In this document: in pieces, positions 40,401-53,100 of the stretch | How the letters are laid out: the number at the start of each line of letters is the position of its first letter | Position numbering within the stretch: the stretch's first letter is position 1 | Source: Azolla caroliniana | Taxonomy: Eukaryota; Plantae; Polypodiophyta | DNA: 64,000 nucleotides | Reading direction: 5' to 3' | Assembly (NCBI GenBank): GCA_043228905.1 | Contig: JBHGNT010000010.1 | Span: 19,034,001-19,098,000 of the forward strand | The notes under the pieces: model-generated | The model's input: the letters and a program-made list of their open reading frames with translations, nothing else | Database searches by the model: none | Told to the model about the DNA's origin: nothing | Program-made: the position numbers and the translations under genes

Positions 40401-43400
40401 GAATGCATTTCTGAAACAGAGACAAGTCATTCAAAAAGTGATCCATCTGTATAATTTGTACCCAAGACGAGGAAACATATCATGGCATTGAGGTAAATCT
40501 GCCAACACATCGATAGCATAAACATTATAGTAAGTAAAGACCCACCTAGTAACCAGTCCAGAATCATGCACATCAATTTTCTTGAATAACAAGGTTGAAA
40601 AGAAGGACGGTAGTCTGCAAACATCTTTTGCAACTGGTATAAACGCTGCACAATGATATAATATGCAATTAATAAAACACAACATAAACATCTTTCCATC
40701 TACTTAAGTTCACAAGACTTTTGCATGTACACAGATATCAAAATGAACAACCATTGTTTGCATAGATGCATGACCATTTCTTTCCTTAATATACCACTTG
40801 TTCCAGTAATAAAACAGATGAAGAACTCAGTGCTGTTTCCTTGACCACAGTGGAACAGTGGAGAAACAGTGACAGTTGAAGGTTGGCCCTGAAGAAGAAA
40901 TATTTGTTAAAGGCAGAACAGTACAGTGTGAACATTTCTCCCATGTCAAATAATCAATGAGGCCAACTATCTATTCCCAAGAAGGTAAACTTTTCAACCT
41001 TTTAAAGATAGAACATCTCAGACATTGAGTTGGGTTATATATGGAGTCATTGGCATCAGCATGTTGACAGCATCTACAAGTAGAGATAGTCTCTTTTGCA
41101 ACAATAATAAGCTTTATCATATGCATAAACAGCATCGGCTGCCCTTGGCTCCACATAATGGAATTTAAGATATAAGATTTCATACATGGGGAGATGAGCA
41201 TCCTAGCTACCTTCTTAGACTGCTCTTGTTCTCTCATTTGCTGCATACTTTCATCATAATTAAAAGATCCATTACTCAGCTACTATTTTCAGACATTTGT
41301 GTTAACAAATTTGAAGGTTTTTATGCTGTGCGATATTCACTTATGAAAAAATCAAACATAGTTTTCTAGGTGGGCTCCCATCTGAGAATTGTTTTTGCTG
41401 GGAGGCGAATGGAAGTTTTCCATTTAGCCAATTGGCAGTTGTTTAACACATCCAGAGTATATTATGATTCCGTATTGGTAAGCCATTTAACATATGTCTG
41501 ATTGTCAATAAAAAGTATCTCAAACATAGCAACTCTCATTCAGATGGACAATGTTGCAACTTTCCCATAGTATTTCCCATCTCCAGAGATGGAACGTTGA
41601 AAATGTGTGATAAAATAGCAAAAGATTCGAACTGATCAAACAATGAAAGAATCTTGCTAACAGACTATATGAATCCATATGGCATATGATATACATAAGA
41701 ATATTCACACAATAGTACAGCAGAAATTAGATACTACAAAAAAAATGGTACCATGACAGGGTAAGCCATCTGGATAACCAGAAAAAATCTCATCAAGTTT
41801 ACAGAGGCACTCTTCAGTGATATCCTTGGGAGGAGGTGTACCCTCTGGGAAGTAGAACTGCAATCAACACCATAACAAGAATAAGGTATAAGTACATACA
41901 AATTGCAAAAAAACAGAATATACCAAGTGACCATAACCTGTGGTATAATTTCACTGGTTGGTTCACTAGATTTCCGAAGAGGAGATCCTGCAGCAAATGG
42001 TCCAGTTCCACCTCTGCGCATGGAAGATTTTGGAGATAAAGGTGCACCTGATGCACTTCTAGGTGATAGAGGAGGTGTGCTTCCAGATGAAAACAATGAA
42101 GGCATATTTGATCCAGAAAATGTTGTATTTCCAATCCCAGGTACAGACAAGGACACCCCAGCTTTGGCCTCCTCAAGCAGTGATAAAACCTGCATGTATA
42201 GATCTCTGTTTACCATAATGTTCTATGCATTGATTTCTTATAAACATATATGCAATATCATCGTAATATGGCCTTTTCAGAATTTGAGCTCTAGAAGTTC
42301 ATATTTTCATAAGGTCAAACTACCAATGGATAGACCTTACAATCAATAAAAAAACATAAATTAGAGCCAGTAAAACAATTAGTTTATTCTTCTTATACTA
42401 AACTAGAATCCGCACTAACTTTTAAGGTCGAAGCACATGAATAGCATGAGAGAGAGAGAGAAAGAGAGAGTTATATAAGCATTTTCCAGAAGAAAAACTT
42501 GTGACGTATAGGACAAGTTTTTAGGACATACAATATCCATTACATTTCCAGTTAGGGGTGATAAAAATAGCACAAAAATACCTGAAAGGAAGGAAAATAA
42601 TTAACTCAGAAATTTCTTAATAAAGCTTCAAAATCTTAGACTAACTAAAACTGATGTGAATTCTAAGAAATAGGAAGAAAGAAATGGCCTCTTATTATAT
42701 CAATCTACACTAAATGCACCATTCTTACGATCAAAAAATAATTAAATGCTTTTAAAATACAAGACCACCCTCTAAAAATATTTTCTTGTTTAATGGTGAC
42801 TATATGCCCATTCACAAAATAATGCTACCAATATTAGCACTGGGCAAGACAAAAATGGGCCAACCGAGCAAACTTATTCTCCCAATAAACCTGCAAATAC
42901 ATTTCTGTGGATATTATGTCTATGTCCACAACAACCACTCCACTTCCAAAACATGAGGGATCTCATTGATAATATACATGTTCTCCACTGATTTAGTATA
43001 TAGCAACAACCATACATAGAGCTAGCATGTCCTACCATTTTTTGCATCACATCCACCTCAAGTTTTTCCCATGTTTATGCAAAGATCATAATTATGATTC
43101 ATGAAAAATGGGAGAGCAAGCAAAGGATGAGGTGATTTGCACCAGAAATGGCAAAACATATTTCTAGCAAAGAACTCAGAAATACAACAATCCATATGCT
43201 TTGCTCACTTGAGAAATGGGATTAATTGCTCATACCTGACCTGTAGGATATCAGTAACATGCATGATTTTTCTACAGTTTTCAGCTTTTATAGTTGCATG
43301 CGTACTCAAAGGATTCATGTCAAGGTACATACTTTTCTGGTTCTACAGAAAAGGGATTGATTATGTACACTCCTTCTAAATGCAATTGAAACATGAAGGT

Positions 43401-44130
43401 TAGTTACCATCAATTTCACGTGTCCAAGAGCTGAAAAGAGAGTAAAATAAAATACCCGAGTTAGCTTCTGTCAATTTCATGTGCCCAAGGGCTGAAATTG
43501 AGGCTCTTTATGGTAAGGGTCTCTTTTCTATGGGATATGATTATGCAGTTTGTCCAAAAGACAATTGAAATATCAAGGCTCCATTTTTTGTCAAATCCAT
43601 GTGCCCTGTGATTCTATTTGAAGGGATAATACATATCATGAATCAATAGTTAATTTTCCAAATAACAATCAGACTCCATACAGATTTGAGATCTACTTAG
43701 TATGTGGTCATGTTAGCTTTCAGCAGAGACAATAATGCAACATGGTATTTCATCTCGTCTCTCTTGTCTCAAGGAGGAAGGGAAGGGGTTGGATCCACAA
43801 TGTTGTCCTTATGCAAATGGTAACAGTAGAGTTTTTTGAACTACATTCATTTCATCTCGTTGTCAGACATGCATACATGCATAATTGTGTGTGTGTGTAT
43901 ACATGTATGTAGAGAGAGACGGATATTTGCAAGGTTTAACTTACTAGTCGTTGCGTTTCCGGTATAGAGAGCCAGTGAGTAAAAAGGTCCTCGAGATGGA
44001 GCTTGGCAGGGTTTTTAGGATTAGGGTTAAGATGCAGTTTAGGGTTGGGGAAGTGCGTGTGGTCGAGGCGTTGCAGAAGGTCCGGATCCAACGAGCCCAC
44101 GTCCATGGCCATGACCATCGCAGAATCCAT
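37495..44130 (-). CDS. Protein phosphatase 2A regulatory subunit B'' (EF-hand); 12 exons: 43945-44130, 41938-42189, 41752-41857, 40546-40645, 40305-40410, 39968-40058, 39088-39229, 38740-38887, 38527-38636, 38165-38321, 37710-37835, 37495-37635
   Basis: Spliced motifs [91 protein letters not shown], and the end WDEPLEAPF*. All introns are GT-AG and in phase. Confidence 0.93.
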
Positions 44131-44183
44131 GGTGCAAAGGAACCCACTGCTTCGTCGTTGTCTTCTTCTTCTTCCACTACTAC

Positions 44184-44215
<32 letters not shown>

Positions 44216-46029
44216 CTTCTTGGCAAAGGGGGTCGTGGGTTCAAATCTCACACATTCATTTTGAACCTCAATTTCGTGGCTACCCAAAGAGAGTGAGAGA
44301 GCCATTGTAAGTAGTGTTTTTCACACGCATTTATGTATTAATATAATTGTGTGTTCTCACCAAAAGAGAGAGAAAGAGAGAACGTGCGCAGCCACATAAT
44401 TGAAGAAGGGTATTTATTAGAAATAATGAATACCTAGGGGCATCTGAAAATAGTGAGAGAGAGAGAGAGAGAGAGAGATTCTATTATTGCCTTCGGAGGT
44501 CTAATATGACCAATGAAGGACTTCTCCTCCTTTACACAACAACAATAGAAGTGACCACTAACTAACTACACACGACCTGTGTGGCCATCATCATCTTGTA
44601 CTTCAAATAAATCTCCATGTGTTTGCTTGCCTCCCTGTTTGCCCATTGTGATGGCTCTCCACATTGTCTCTCCAAAAAGGTGATCGCTTTCGGGATATTT
44701 CCAAGGTTTTGACCCCCCACCTTTGGCTCTGCCCGACTGCATCCCTCGTATTAATATTTTGAATGCGGGTTCAAATCTGTGTGTGTGTGGAAGGAAGGAA
44801 GGATTTGTGTGGTTGCTCACGAGGTGAGGACATCATGTCATAATAGAATGTGTGGTATTCATGCCAACTTGTTCTTGTCAACGATTGACACTCAAGTTGG
44901 TTGGTTGGTTGCGTTGCTTTTTCATATGCATAGATTGTCTATGCCTTTATTGCAATTGTGGATAAATCTTGACCCATCGGTTGGGGTTGGACATGTTTGT
45001 TTTATTCATGGGAAGTTACAATGAACAAATCAACACCCACTAGTTGGTTGGTTGGTTGGTTATTGGGGGCGTGTTTGAGGTAAAACTTCTACCACCATTG
45101 ATTGTGTGCCTGTGCTCGTGGAAAAATGTGGGGCACACATTTGTTTTTTCATTCATAAGGGGCTTGAGGCTAGACAACTTAGAGTATGAAAAGCACAAGG
45201 ATCGGGTTGTATTGCCAAAATTTGTGAAAATAGTGAACCTTCTCAAAGCTCAAGTTGCAAGCAAGAGCAAGGTAGCATCTATTTTATAATAACATCTTAA
45301 GGTAACGAGGCCACACAAGATTTTTACTGAAAGCATGAACTTGTCACATGGGTTGTGAATTTAGCAACGAAATCACTTTTTGTTTGACTTTAAAAAAAAG
45401 AAGGTTATCCATTGGAAGAAGAGTCGTCACATTTTCCGTTCATTTCACACAACAAATGTTTTGCATAAATGGCACTTCTCTCTCCCTAAAATGAATAATA
45501 ATCACATGTAATACAATTTCAAACCATATTTTGTGATAGATAATCTACATGGTCACGTTAATTTACATGCTATAATATTATTACACAATAATTCTCATTT
45601 CACAAAGGCAATGTGATTGTTTCTAATACTATGCTTGTGGAAGACATGTTGGTTCTCTACTCTTACGCATCAAAGTGTTCTAAAGTTCTCTAGCATTCTT
45701 TTTCTTTTTACCCATTGATAGTTAGAAGACAATGCTAGAAATATTGAATTGTATATAAACTTGTATACTGCAAGTTCATTCTTGCCATAGACCAATTGAT
45801 TGAGCAAAAAAAGACTATTATTGGGTACTATGTTCAATTTCCTGTCAAAATATAAATGTATTGCTTGTGTTTAGTATTTATCCATTGTTGATTGACACAC
45901 AAGCAATACATGGATTAATTTTAATCTTATCCATATATTTTATTTTTATTTCTTTAAAAAAAAATAAAGATTCACCTTGGTATTAATGGAAAGATACCCA
46001 AAGGCTAGAAAGAACGCGTACATTAAAAT

Positions 46030-46433
46030 ATAATCACCATACCCACATCAACCAACATGTCGAGTAGCAAAAGCCCTCATGAAGGGTCTTTCCAAGACGG
46101 GGGGTGGAAAAAGTCATCTTGGTGGAGCATATCTCCACTTTATTCTCTCCCAAAAGAGGTGAAGACCTCTGCCTTTTTCCAAATTTCTCAAAAATGTTAT
46201 TGCTTACAAAACACAACATCAAGCTCGCCAGTTATTGCCTCATATTGACCTCTTCGAGTATGCAGGAGCATCAACCATATCTCCTTGACTAACTCAACCA
46301 CATTTTGTTTGACTTTCTGAAGTACACATTTACATCTTGACTTCCACAACACCCAAACTACTATAGAAGATATTGTAGACCAAACCTTGTCCTCTTCCAA
46401 ATAGATGATTGTTATCGTATAAGAGACCTCCAA
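46030..46433 (-). mobile_element. LINE (L1-like) ORF2 3' fragment, degenerate
   Basis: VWSTISSIVVWVLWKSRCKCV resembles the W.IWK.RN motif at the C-terminus of plant L1 ORF2. Interrupted by stops. Confidence 0.55.
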
Positions 46434-47256
46434 TATATGTCTTATCTATATATTTCTCGCACATTATGCAATTAATAACACCTCTTAGATTGCTAATTAA
46501 GTTTAATTAGCTAACAAATAGAAGAAGACGACGGAGAAGAATGTCATAAGAGTTCGTAAAACAAACAAAATGTTTTACAATTTAACAAACAATATGATAA
46601 TATGACTTCCCATAACAAACAAAATCTCACACAATATGAAAGCATTGACTTTATATGCATTATATAACAAACATTGTATGTTGCAAAACCAAGATTTTAC
46701 TATTTAGAAGTATGGACACAGATTTGTCGGCACGGTCATCTAGCTTATCGAGTTTATTCTTTGCAATAAGGTTATGGGTTTGATTTTGCACCCATCATAA
46801 TTTATACTCCAAAACTAGGAACATACATATTCATGATTTGCTTCTCAATAGTGGTTTCACAACATTCATATTGACATTTACATATGCTTGCAAGTATGTT
46901 GGAGGAGCTTCCTAGTATATTGAATGCAACCACACCTTAAATAAGAATATGCCACATAAGACAACCCGTCAAACAATGTTATTTATTCATTGTTACGTCT
47001 AATTATTTGCAAAAGAATGAAAAAGAAGCATAGGATTACATTTGGCCCGACCACCACATTTCCTTTATTTACAAGTAATGGCAAGCACTTGGAACCTATA
47101 ACAATATCCCTCTTGAAGCATATATATTGTCTATATACCACAAGAAGATTCAACAACAGTTCAGTTGTTGGTATTCGCTCCTATTGCAACTTGTAAGCAA
47201 TATCTATATACACAAATTCGCAATAATTTAGAGAGCTATTACTAGCTAGAATCGGC

Positions 47257-48834
47257 CTAACCGAAGGTCTTTTCACCACTGTAGTGGACATACAAAAAGC
47301 CGTCCTTGTCTTTCGACTCCTTATATATTGAGGCCATTAAAGCCGCTACAAACAATGGCTTCCACATTTAATTCACTTATTTCAAGGCTTCAAAGTTTAA
47401 ACAAGCATTCCAGTAGGTACGCACTGAGATGAGATTCAACAAACATTCTATTACAAAAAATGAGATTGAATATATATACATACTTATAGGTGGCAATGCA
47501 TTTCCCACGAAGATGAACAGTGCTTGCCCTGGGGATAGGTGAAGTCTTTGGGTAATGATATAGACAAACTGACCAACTGTCAAATCCTCCGGCACTAGGA
47601 ACCTGAAACACATTAAAAAGTTTCCGGCTCAAAACTGATCATTACTTAGAAAAACAGCAAAAAGATTGTCAAATTTCAAGGTTCACACATACTTCTTTTT
47701 CTCCATGTCTGGCATGGCAGTTCTATAAGCTTTTTCCACAATCACCTGGTGGAGAGAAATGTGCAATCACCCGTAAAGAAATTTCTCAATGCTTGATCAT
47801 ACACAACACGAAACAATCCTTACGAAAAATTCCCCATTTTGAAATATCCAATGGTTAAAAGCAGGGACTCAAATTCATGTAGACGATTCACATTCATTGG
47901 CTTTCATCTACAGCCATAAACTGAGCTTTCCGTGAAAATTCATATCTAAAACCCATACTTGGCTAACTGAGCTTTCCGTGAAAATTCATATCTAAAACCC
48001 ATACTTGGCTAGTCCACTCATCCATAGCCTTGTACTTAGCTAGTTTTTTTATCCATTAACTTGTACTTGGATTCACAAAATTTCCATCACGATTGCAATT
48101 AGCTTGACCGAGATTGTTTTAACCCCTAGGCACACCATGGTCACAACCAGATTCCCTGATGAGTCCTTAAGAGGGGAAGAACAGCAATATGTCCCTCACA
48201 TTTTACATATTCCTTAGAGGAGAAATAATCAAATGCTAGATCCCAAACATTTGCATAGTCCCTGAATTTTTCAAAAATCCAGAGAATACACCCTTTTCTA
48301 TCTGTCTTTTAAGTGATTGCCAGAATGAATCTGGAACTTCGATTTTTCTTCCCCGAAATACTCCAAACATTTTTCTTTCCCTTGTTTTACCAGACACATC
48401 CCCTTCCGTTTTTCTTCGGCAATTATCCGAATAAACCTCGGTTTCCTGAATTTACAGAAACTACCCATCAGGATGAAATTAGGAGATGAACAGAACTACT
48501 TACAGGAACTCGGCTGGGGTACTTCTCACGCATCTTCGAAGCCTTGGAGAGCCTCTCCTCTTCAGATATCAAAAAAGAAGAAGAAGAAGAAGAAGAAGAA
48601 AAGAAATTTAATTAAACTCCAATCAAATAAAGAACAATTCAATTTCGGATAAAAGAATCTGAACGGAACTAAACAAAAAGGGCATGGGGATGGGGGGCAT
48701 TAGAATTTAGGACATGAACTAAACCATAAACCCAAAAAACACGAAGTAAAGAACGTGAAGAGAAGAAACACAGGAATTAATTTTCATGCATTACCAAAAC
48801 TGAAGTCCTTCTTGAATGACGATTCTTTCCCCAT
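47257..48834 (-). CDS. ATG8: Autophagy protein ATG8, 118 aa, ATG8h/i-like; exons 48795-48834, 48504-48559, 47693-47745, 47484-47602, 47257-47345
   Basis: Spliced protein [118 protein letters not shown], with the canonical five-exon plant ATG8 structure. Confidence 0.95.
47919..48010. repeat. Perfect 46-bp tandem duplication in ATG8 intron 2
   Basis: aactgagctttccgtgaaaattcatatctaaaacccatacttggct x2. Confidence 0.92.
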
Positions 48835-49038
48835 CGCTGTTCTGTGTTAGACAAGGCAAAGCAATGGAAAGCAGGGCAGGGCTATACGCACATACATACA
48901 TGATAAGATTAGATTACTGCATACATACTCACTCTCTACTACCATTTATGATTTTACAAAATTTCCTATTTGCCCTTCTGTGTGTTTTCAGAGGATCCTC
49001 TCAATGTTTTCCTGTTTTATTTTTTGCTTGGCCTAGAC

Positions 49039-49252
49039 ACTTGTTGCTCGATTAACACGTTGTCGAATTGGTGAGTCCCATAACCTGCTTTCGGTTTAAG
49101 TTCCGGATGATACTCCTTGCTTGATTAACACCTTCTCAATTTGGTTGAGTGCCATAATCTGCTTTCAGTTAAGTTCCCAACGATACTTGTTGCTTGATTA
49201 ACACATTGTTGAATCGATCGAGTGCCATAACTTGCTTTCGGTTAAGTTTCGA
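49039..49252. repeat. Three ~73-bp tandem units upstream of ATG8
   Basis: acttgttgct(c/t)gattaacac...gagt(c/g)ccataa.(c/t)tgctttc(g/a)gtt.aagtt x3. Confidence 0.85.
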
Positions 49253-49789
49253 TCAAGTGTATGTAGCACGTAGAGAAGTACGGGTAAGAATTTTGAGCAC
49301 ATGCCTTCATTCATTCATGTGGAATATCATTCGACAACACGCATCATAGTGTAGCCCCCAAGTAGATTGATTGCATTTGTCTTGTTGTTTGTGTATACGA
49401 GATTTGGAGACTAGAAGGTACTCAAAGCACCAAGGGTGCATACATAGCCAAAACTCACAATATCAATCTCAAGCAGGGCTAATAACTCTTTGCAACCATG
49501 ACATGACTTCTCGACGCGTAAATAAAAGGCAATGTATGTATGAGGTATGTAGTGAAAGGACCTCCAACAATATACCAATAACCTCATGCATTTTTACAAC
49601 AATGAGGTCATGTTACCGCATCTTTCCAATCTAATATCACCTGTGAATCCTTGGGCACAAGCGCTCATTTGTTTATCATGTTTGAGAGTGCGACCCTTAC
49701 ACAATTGCACGTGGTAATAACAATGTACGATGATGACCTATGAAGTTGATCGAGCAACTAAGAGAGCGATTTTCTTTTATGTGCATAAA

Positions 49790-50110
49790 TATATATGTAT
49801 GTATGTATGCTATGCATGTATGTATTTTGTGTAGGTTATGTATGTATCTTATATGTATGACTCACGAGTGTATGTTATGTATGTATGTATGCTATGCATG
49901 TACGTATTTGTGTAGGTTATGTATGTATCTTATACGTATGACACACGAGTGTATGTATGTTGTGCATATTGTATGTATGTATTTGTGTAGGTTATGTATG
50001 TATCTTATATGTATGACTCACGAGTGTATGTTGTGCACATTGTATGTATGCATGTATGTATGTATGATGTGTGTGTGTGTATGGTACATATTTATATTGT
50101 ATGTATGTAC
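49790..50110. repeat. (TATG)n-rich compound repeat with three ~75-82 bp units
   Basis: tttgtgtaggttatgtatgtatcttata(t/c)gtatgac(t/a)cacgagtgtatg at about 49826, 49907 and 49982. Confidence 0.85.
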
Positions 50111-50173
50111 ATATATGATGGCTTCCAGGTTTCAGAAAAGGATAAATAATGAGAGCTTTTGGATTGGGAGAGC

Positions 50174-53100
50174 ATGGGCGGCTTTCTCAGGAAGATTTTC
50201 GGTCATCTGGGATTCTTCAAAGACGACAGCGATCTGCAGGACAGCGGTAGAGGAGTTCCTACCAAGATTTCCCGTAACCTCAATAACAACAGGCCCTATA
50301 ATCTCCCCCCTGTCGTCTCTGAATGCATCCCTGGAGCTGGAGGTATCCAGGTATTTACAGCTTTTCTTTCTCTTTCTCACATATATATATATATATATAT
50401 ATTTTGCAAGGGATAGTGGATACCTGAATGATTCGGATTTAACAATAGATGAAAGTCTGTTGAATCAGTTTGTGAAATGGTTCTGATCTGATATGTGATC
50501 CATGCCTACTAAGAATGTAGATTTATCATGTTCAATGCTTTAAGTGTATGCTCTAATGTTAAGCTACAGTTATTTCATGGTTATCAACATATATGTTCTA
50601 ATGAGTGTCACTCAAGGGCAATGTCCTCAACTGAATGCTCGGATGAATCTATATTCACATGGTTTGATCAAGTGGGCAAGGCAGAATTTTCCTAAATAGA
50701 GAACTCAGTTGAATCTGTGTTCGCACAGTTCGTTCAAGTCGTAGAACACTCAGGTGAACCTAGGTGTGTAAGTGTTGTTCAGGTGATCAAGGGGAATTTA
50801 TTCAATGAATCACTAGGGTAAATCTTTGTTCAACAAGGGTCGTTCAAGTGGTCATAGTGAAATTTCCTCAGTAGAACACTCGGGTGATTCTGCATCTGTA
50901 TTCACATTCCTTGTTTAAGTGGTCAAGGGGATTTTTCTCATAAACAAATAAGGTGAATCCACCATCCTCAATCATGGTTTGTTCGAGGAAGAGGAGGAGA
51001 GTTGAGGTTCTGATCAAGGTCTATTTTTCATACATTGATGCGCATGTTGTTGGTTTCATTGTGAATTCCTCGAAGGAAAGTGCTCAGCTTGTCGCATTTA
51101 GGTGTGTAACTTTCTTGCAGAAGAGTATCAATACTCTACGCTCTACAGATATTTACCATCCAGATGTTATGGTAAGAGAGATTTAATATCAAGCTTCTTC
51201 CCCATGTTTCTTAGTTCTTAGCATTTATGACCCTCCGAAAGGCAAGCAGCAGCATTAATGATTCTCAATAAAGTCCAATCCCATCTCTGACTGGACGTTT
51301 TTCTTTCATGACATAATTGTATATACCCACTTGAATTTATTGGTTTGTGGCTCTTCTATGAATGTTGAGACATCAAGATGTTTATTTGTTTCCATCTTCT
51401 GTAAACCTAGTAGTTCTAGTAAAAAAAAGAATAGGACATATGATAGAAACACACATATATTGTGAACAAATTCAGCAAATAACACCAAGACCATGATTGC
51501 TAAAAAGAACTTAAGACTGTGAAATGGGTTCATCATCACAGATATTAGTCTTGATAATAACATAAATTCCGGCATCTGATGTCCATGCCAAACAGAAACA
51601 ATCATGACAGAATTGAGAAAATTGAAGAATGCTTTGCATTCTCATCCTCAAAAACTATGGCTAAGGAGGATGAGTTTGTCTATCTTTGGAGATGTTTTAT
51701 AAAAAGTTAAAAAAGCTTGTAAAAGAATATGATTGCGGAAGCTAATAGCAAAAGAATATAGACACAGGTTTAATGGTAACCTTACATGGGAGAGATAGAG
51801 AGAGCAGAACAATAAACTCAATTCAAAATAATAACACTCTGTACATACAATGTGCTCAGTGAGCACTTTTATACAAGTCCTTACACGAACTGACAGAAGT
51901 ACCGACATGTACTTCAATGCTCATACGAGCGATTCACACTGACTCTTAAAAATATGCCTACATACTAGGCTAGATTCGTAGGCCTCTAACGGCCTACCGG
52001 TTCCAATCTGATCCGGCTCTTGGTTCCAGATACCATCCGGACACTGATCCGGTTCTTTGTTCCGGACTTTGATCCACCTCTAACTTATTCAGCCGATCAG
52101 GATCCGGTTGAGCTTGTCCACTCAACACTCCCCCTCAAGCTCAACTTAAGGTCGGATCGCAGTGTCTGTGTCATGTCAGTGTTAGTGTCAGTCAGTCCTC
52201 TCCTCTGGCTCCTCCAGATGTCCTCCCACCTTGCTCGCGCCGATCCGGATCCAGTTGAGCTTGTCCGCACAACACTCCCCCTCAAGCTCAACTTGAGGTC
52301 GGATCGCAGTGTCAGTGTCATGTCAGTCCTCTCCTCCGGCTCCTCCAGACGTCCTCCCACCTTGCTCGCGCTCCTCGACCCGTCCGGTTCTGCTTTCCAC
52401 GACCCATCCGGTCCCGCACACCTCGACCTTCTCGGTCGGCTTGTTTGCTCAAAAGGCCCTTCTCAGCTCCTTCGCTTTTGCGACTCCGGCACGTCTCGAC
52501 CTGTCGGTTCCTCTGTGTCGGTGTCGACTTCCGCTGCCTCCTTGTCCATATGGCCTTCAGTTGATCCGGCTCCTTCGAATCAAGCACCACTTCCGAATTG
52601 GGTGACTTCGATTCGTTCCAGCTCTTGTCCGAATTGGCCGTCTCCAATTCGTCCTCAATATCAGACCCTTCACAACATCGGACAATGATCGTGTATTGGT
52701 CTTCCTGGCCTCAGTGCTCGATAGTGCAATTGTTGGTTGCTTCTTACTGCTCCAGGAGACCACGGTGCTCCCAAGTGAAAACGCATATCCGGCCCAATCG
52801 ACATCCATGTAGTTGACAAGCTATCCAGCTACACCGGTCCGATACAACAACCCTCCGTCCTTAGTGCCGCTGATGTACCTCAGTATTCGATGCGCGCACT
52901 GAAGGTGCTCCACAGTTGATTGTGCCATGAATTGACTAATCAGTCTGACCGGATAATTGAGGTTTGGCAGGTAATTGAGGTTCGGCAGGGTGATGGTAAG
53001 ATATATAAGGCTCCCAACTATTTGTCGGAACCTTTTCGAGTCGCATGCCATTTCGGAATTGGGGCGAAGCTTCACATTCCGGTCCAGAGGAGTTGAGATG

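Noticed and set aside
37495-44130. Calling the PP2A B'' gene FASS/TON2
   Set aside because: The N-terminal LDPDLLQ/WLSIPET motifs and the WDEPLEAPF end fit the general plant B'' alpha-epsilon group rather than TON2.
44560-45290. Short ORFs upstream of the PP2A B'' gene
   Set aside because: No splice-consistent gene model or recognisable motif; probably TE debris.
49740-50486. 248-aa Cys/Met/Tyr-rich ORF
   Set aside because: It is a translation of the (TATG)n repeat. The real exon (50174-50350) is in another frame.
52020-52688. 222-aa plus-strand ORF with an internal repeat
   Set aside because: It lies antisense over the copia LTR/PPT duplication in GC-rich DNA, starts at TTG, and has no recognisable domain.
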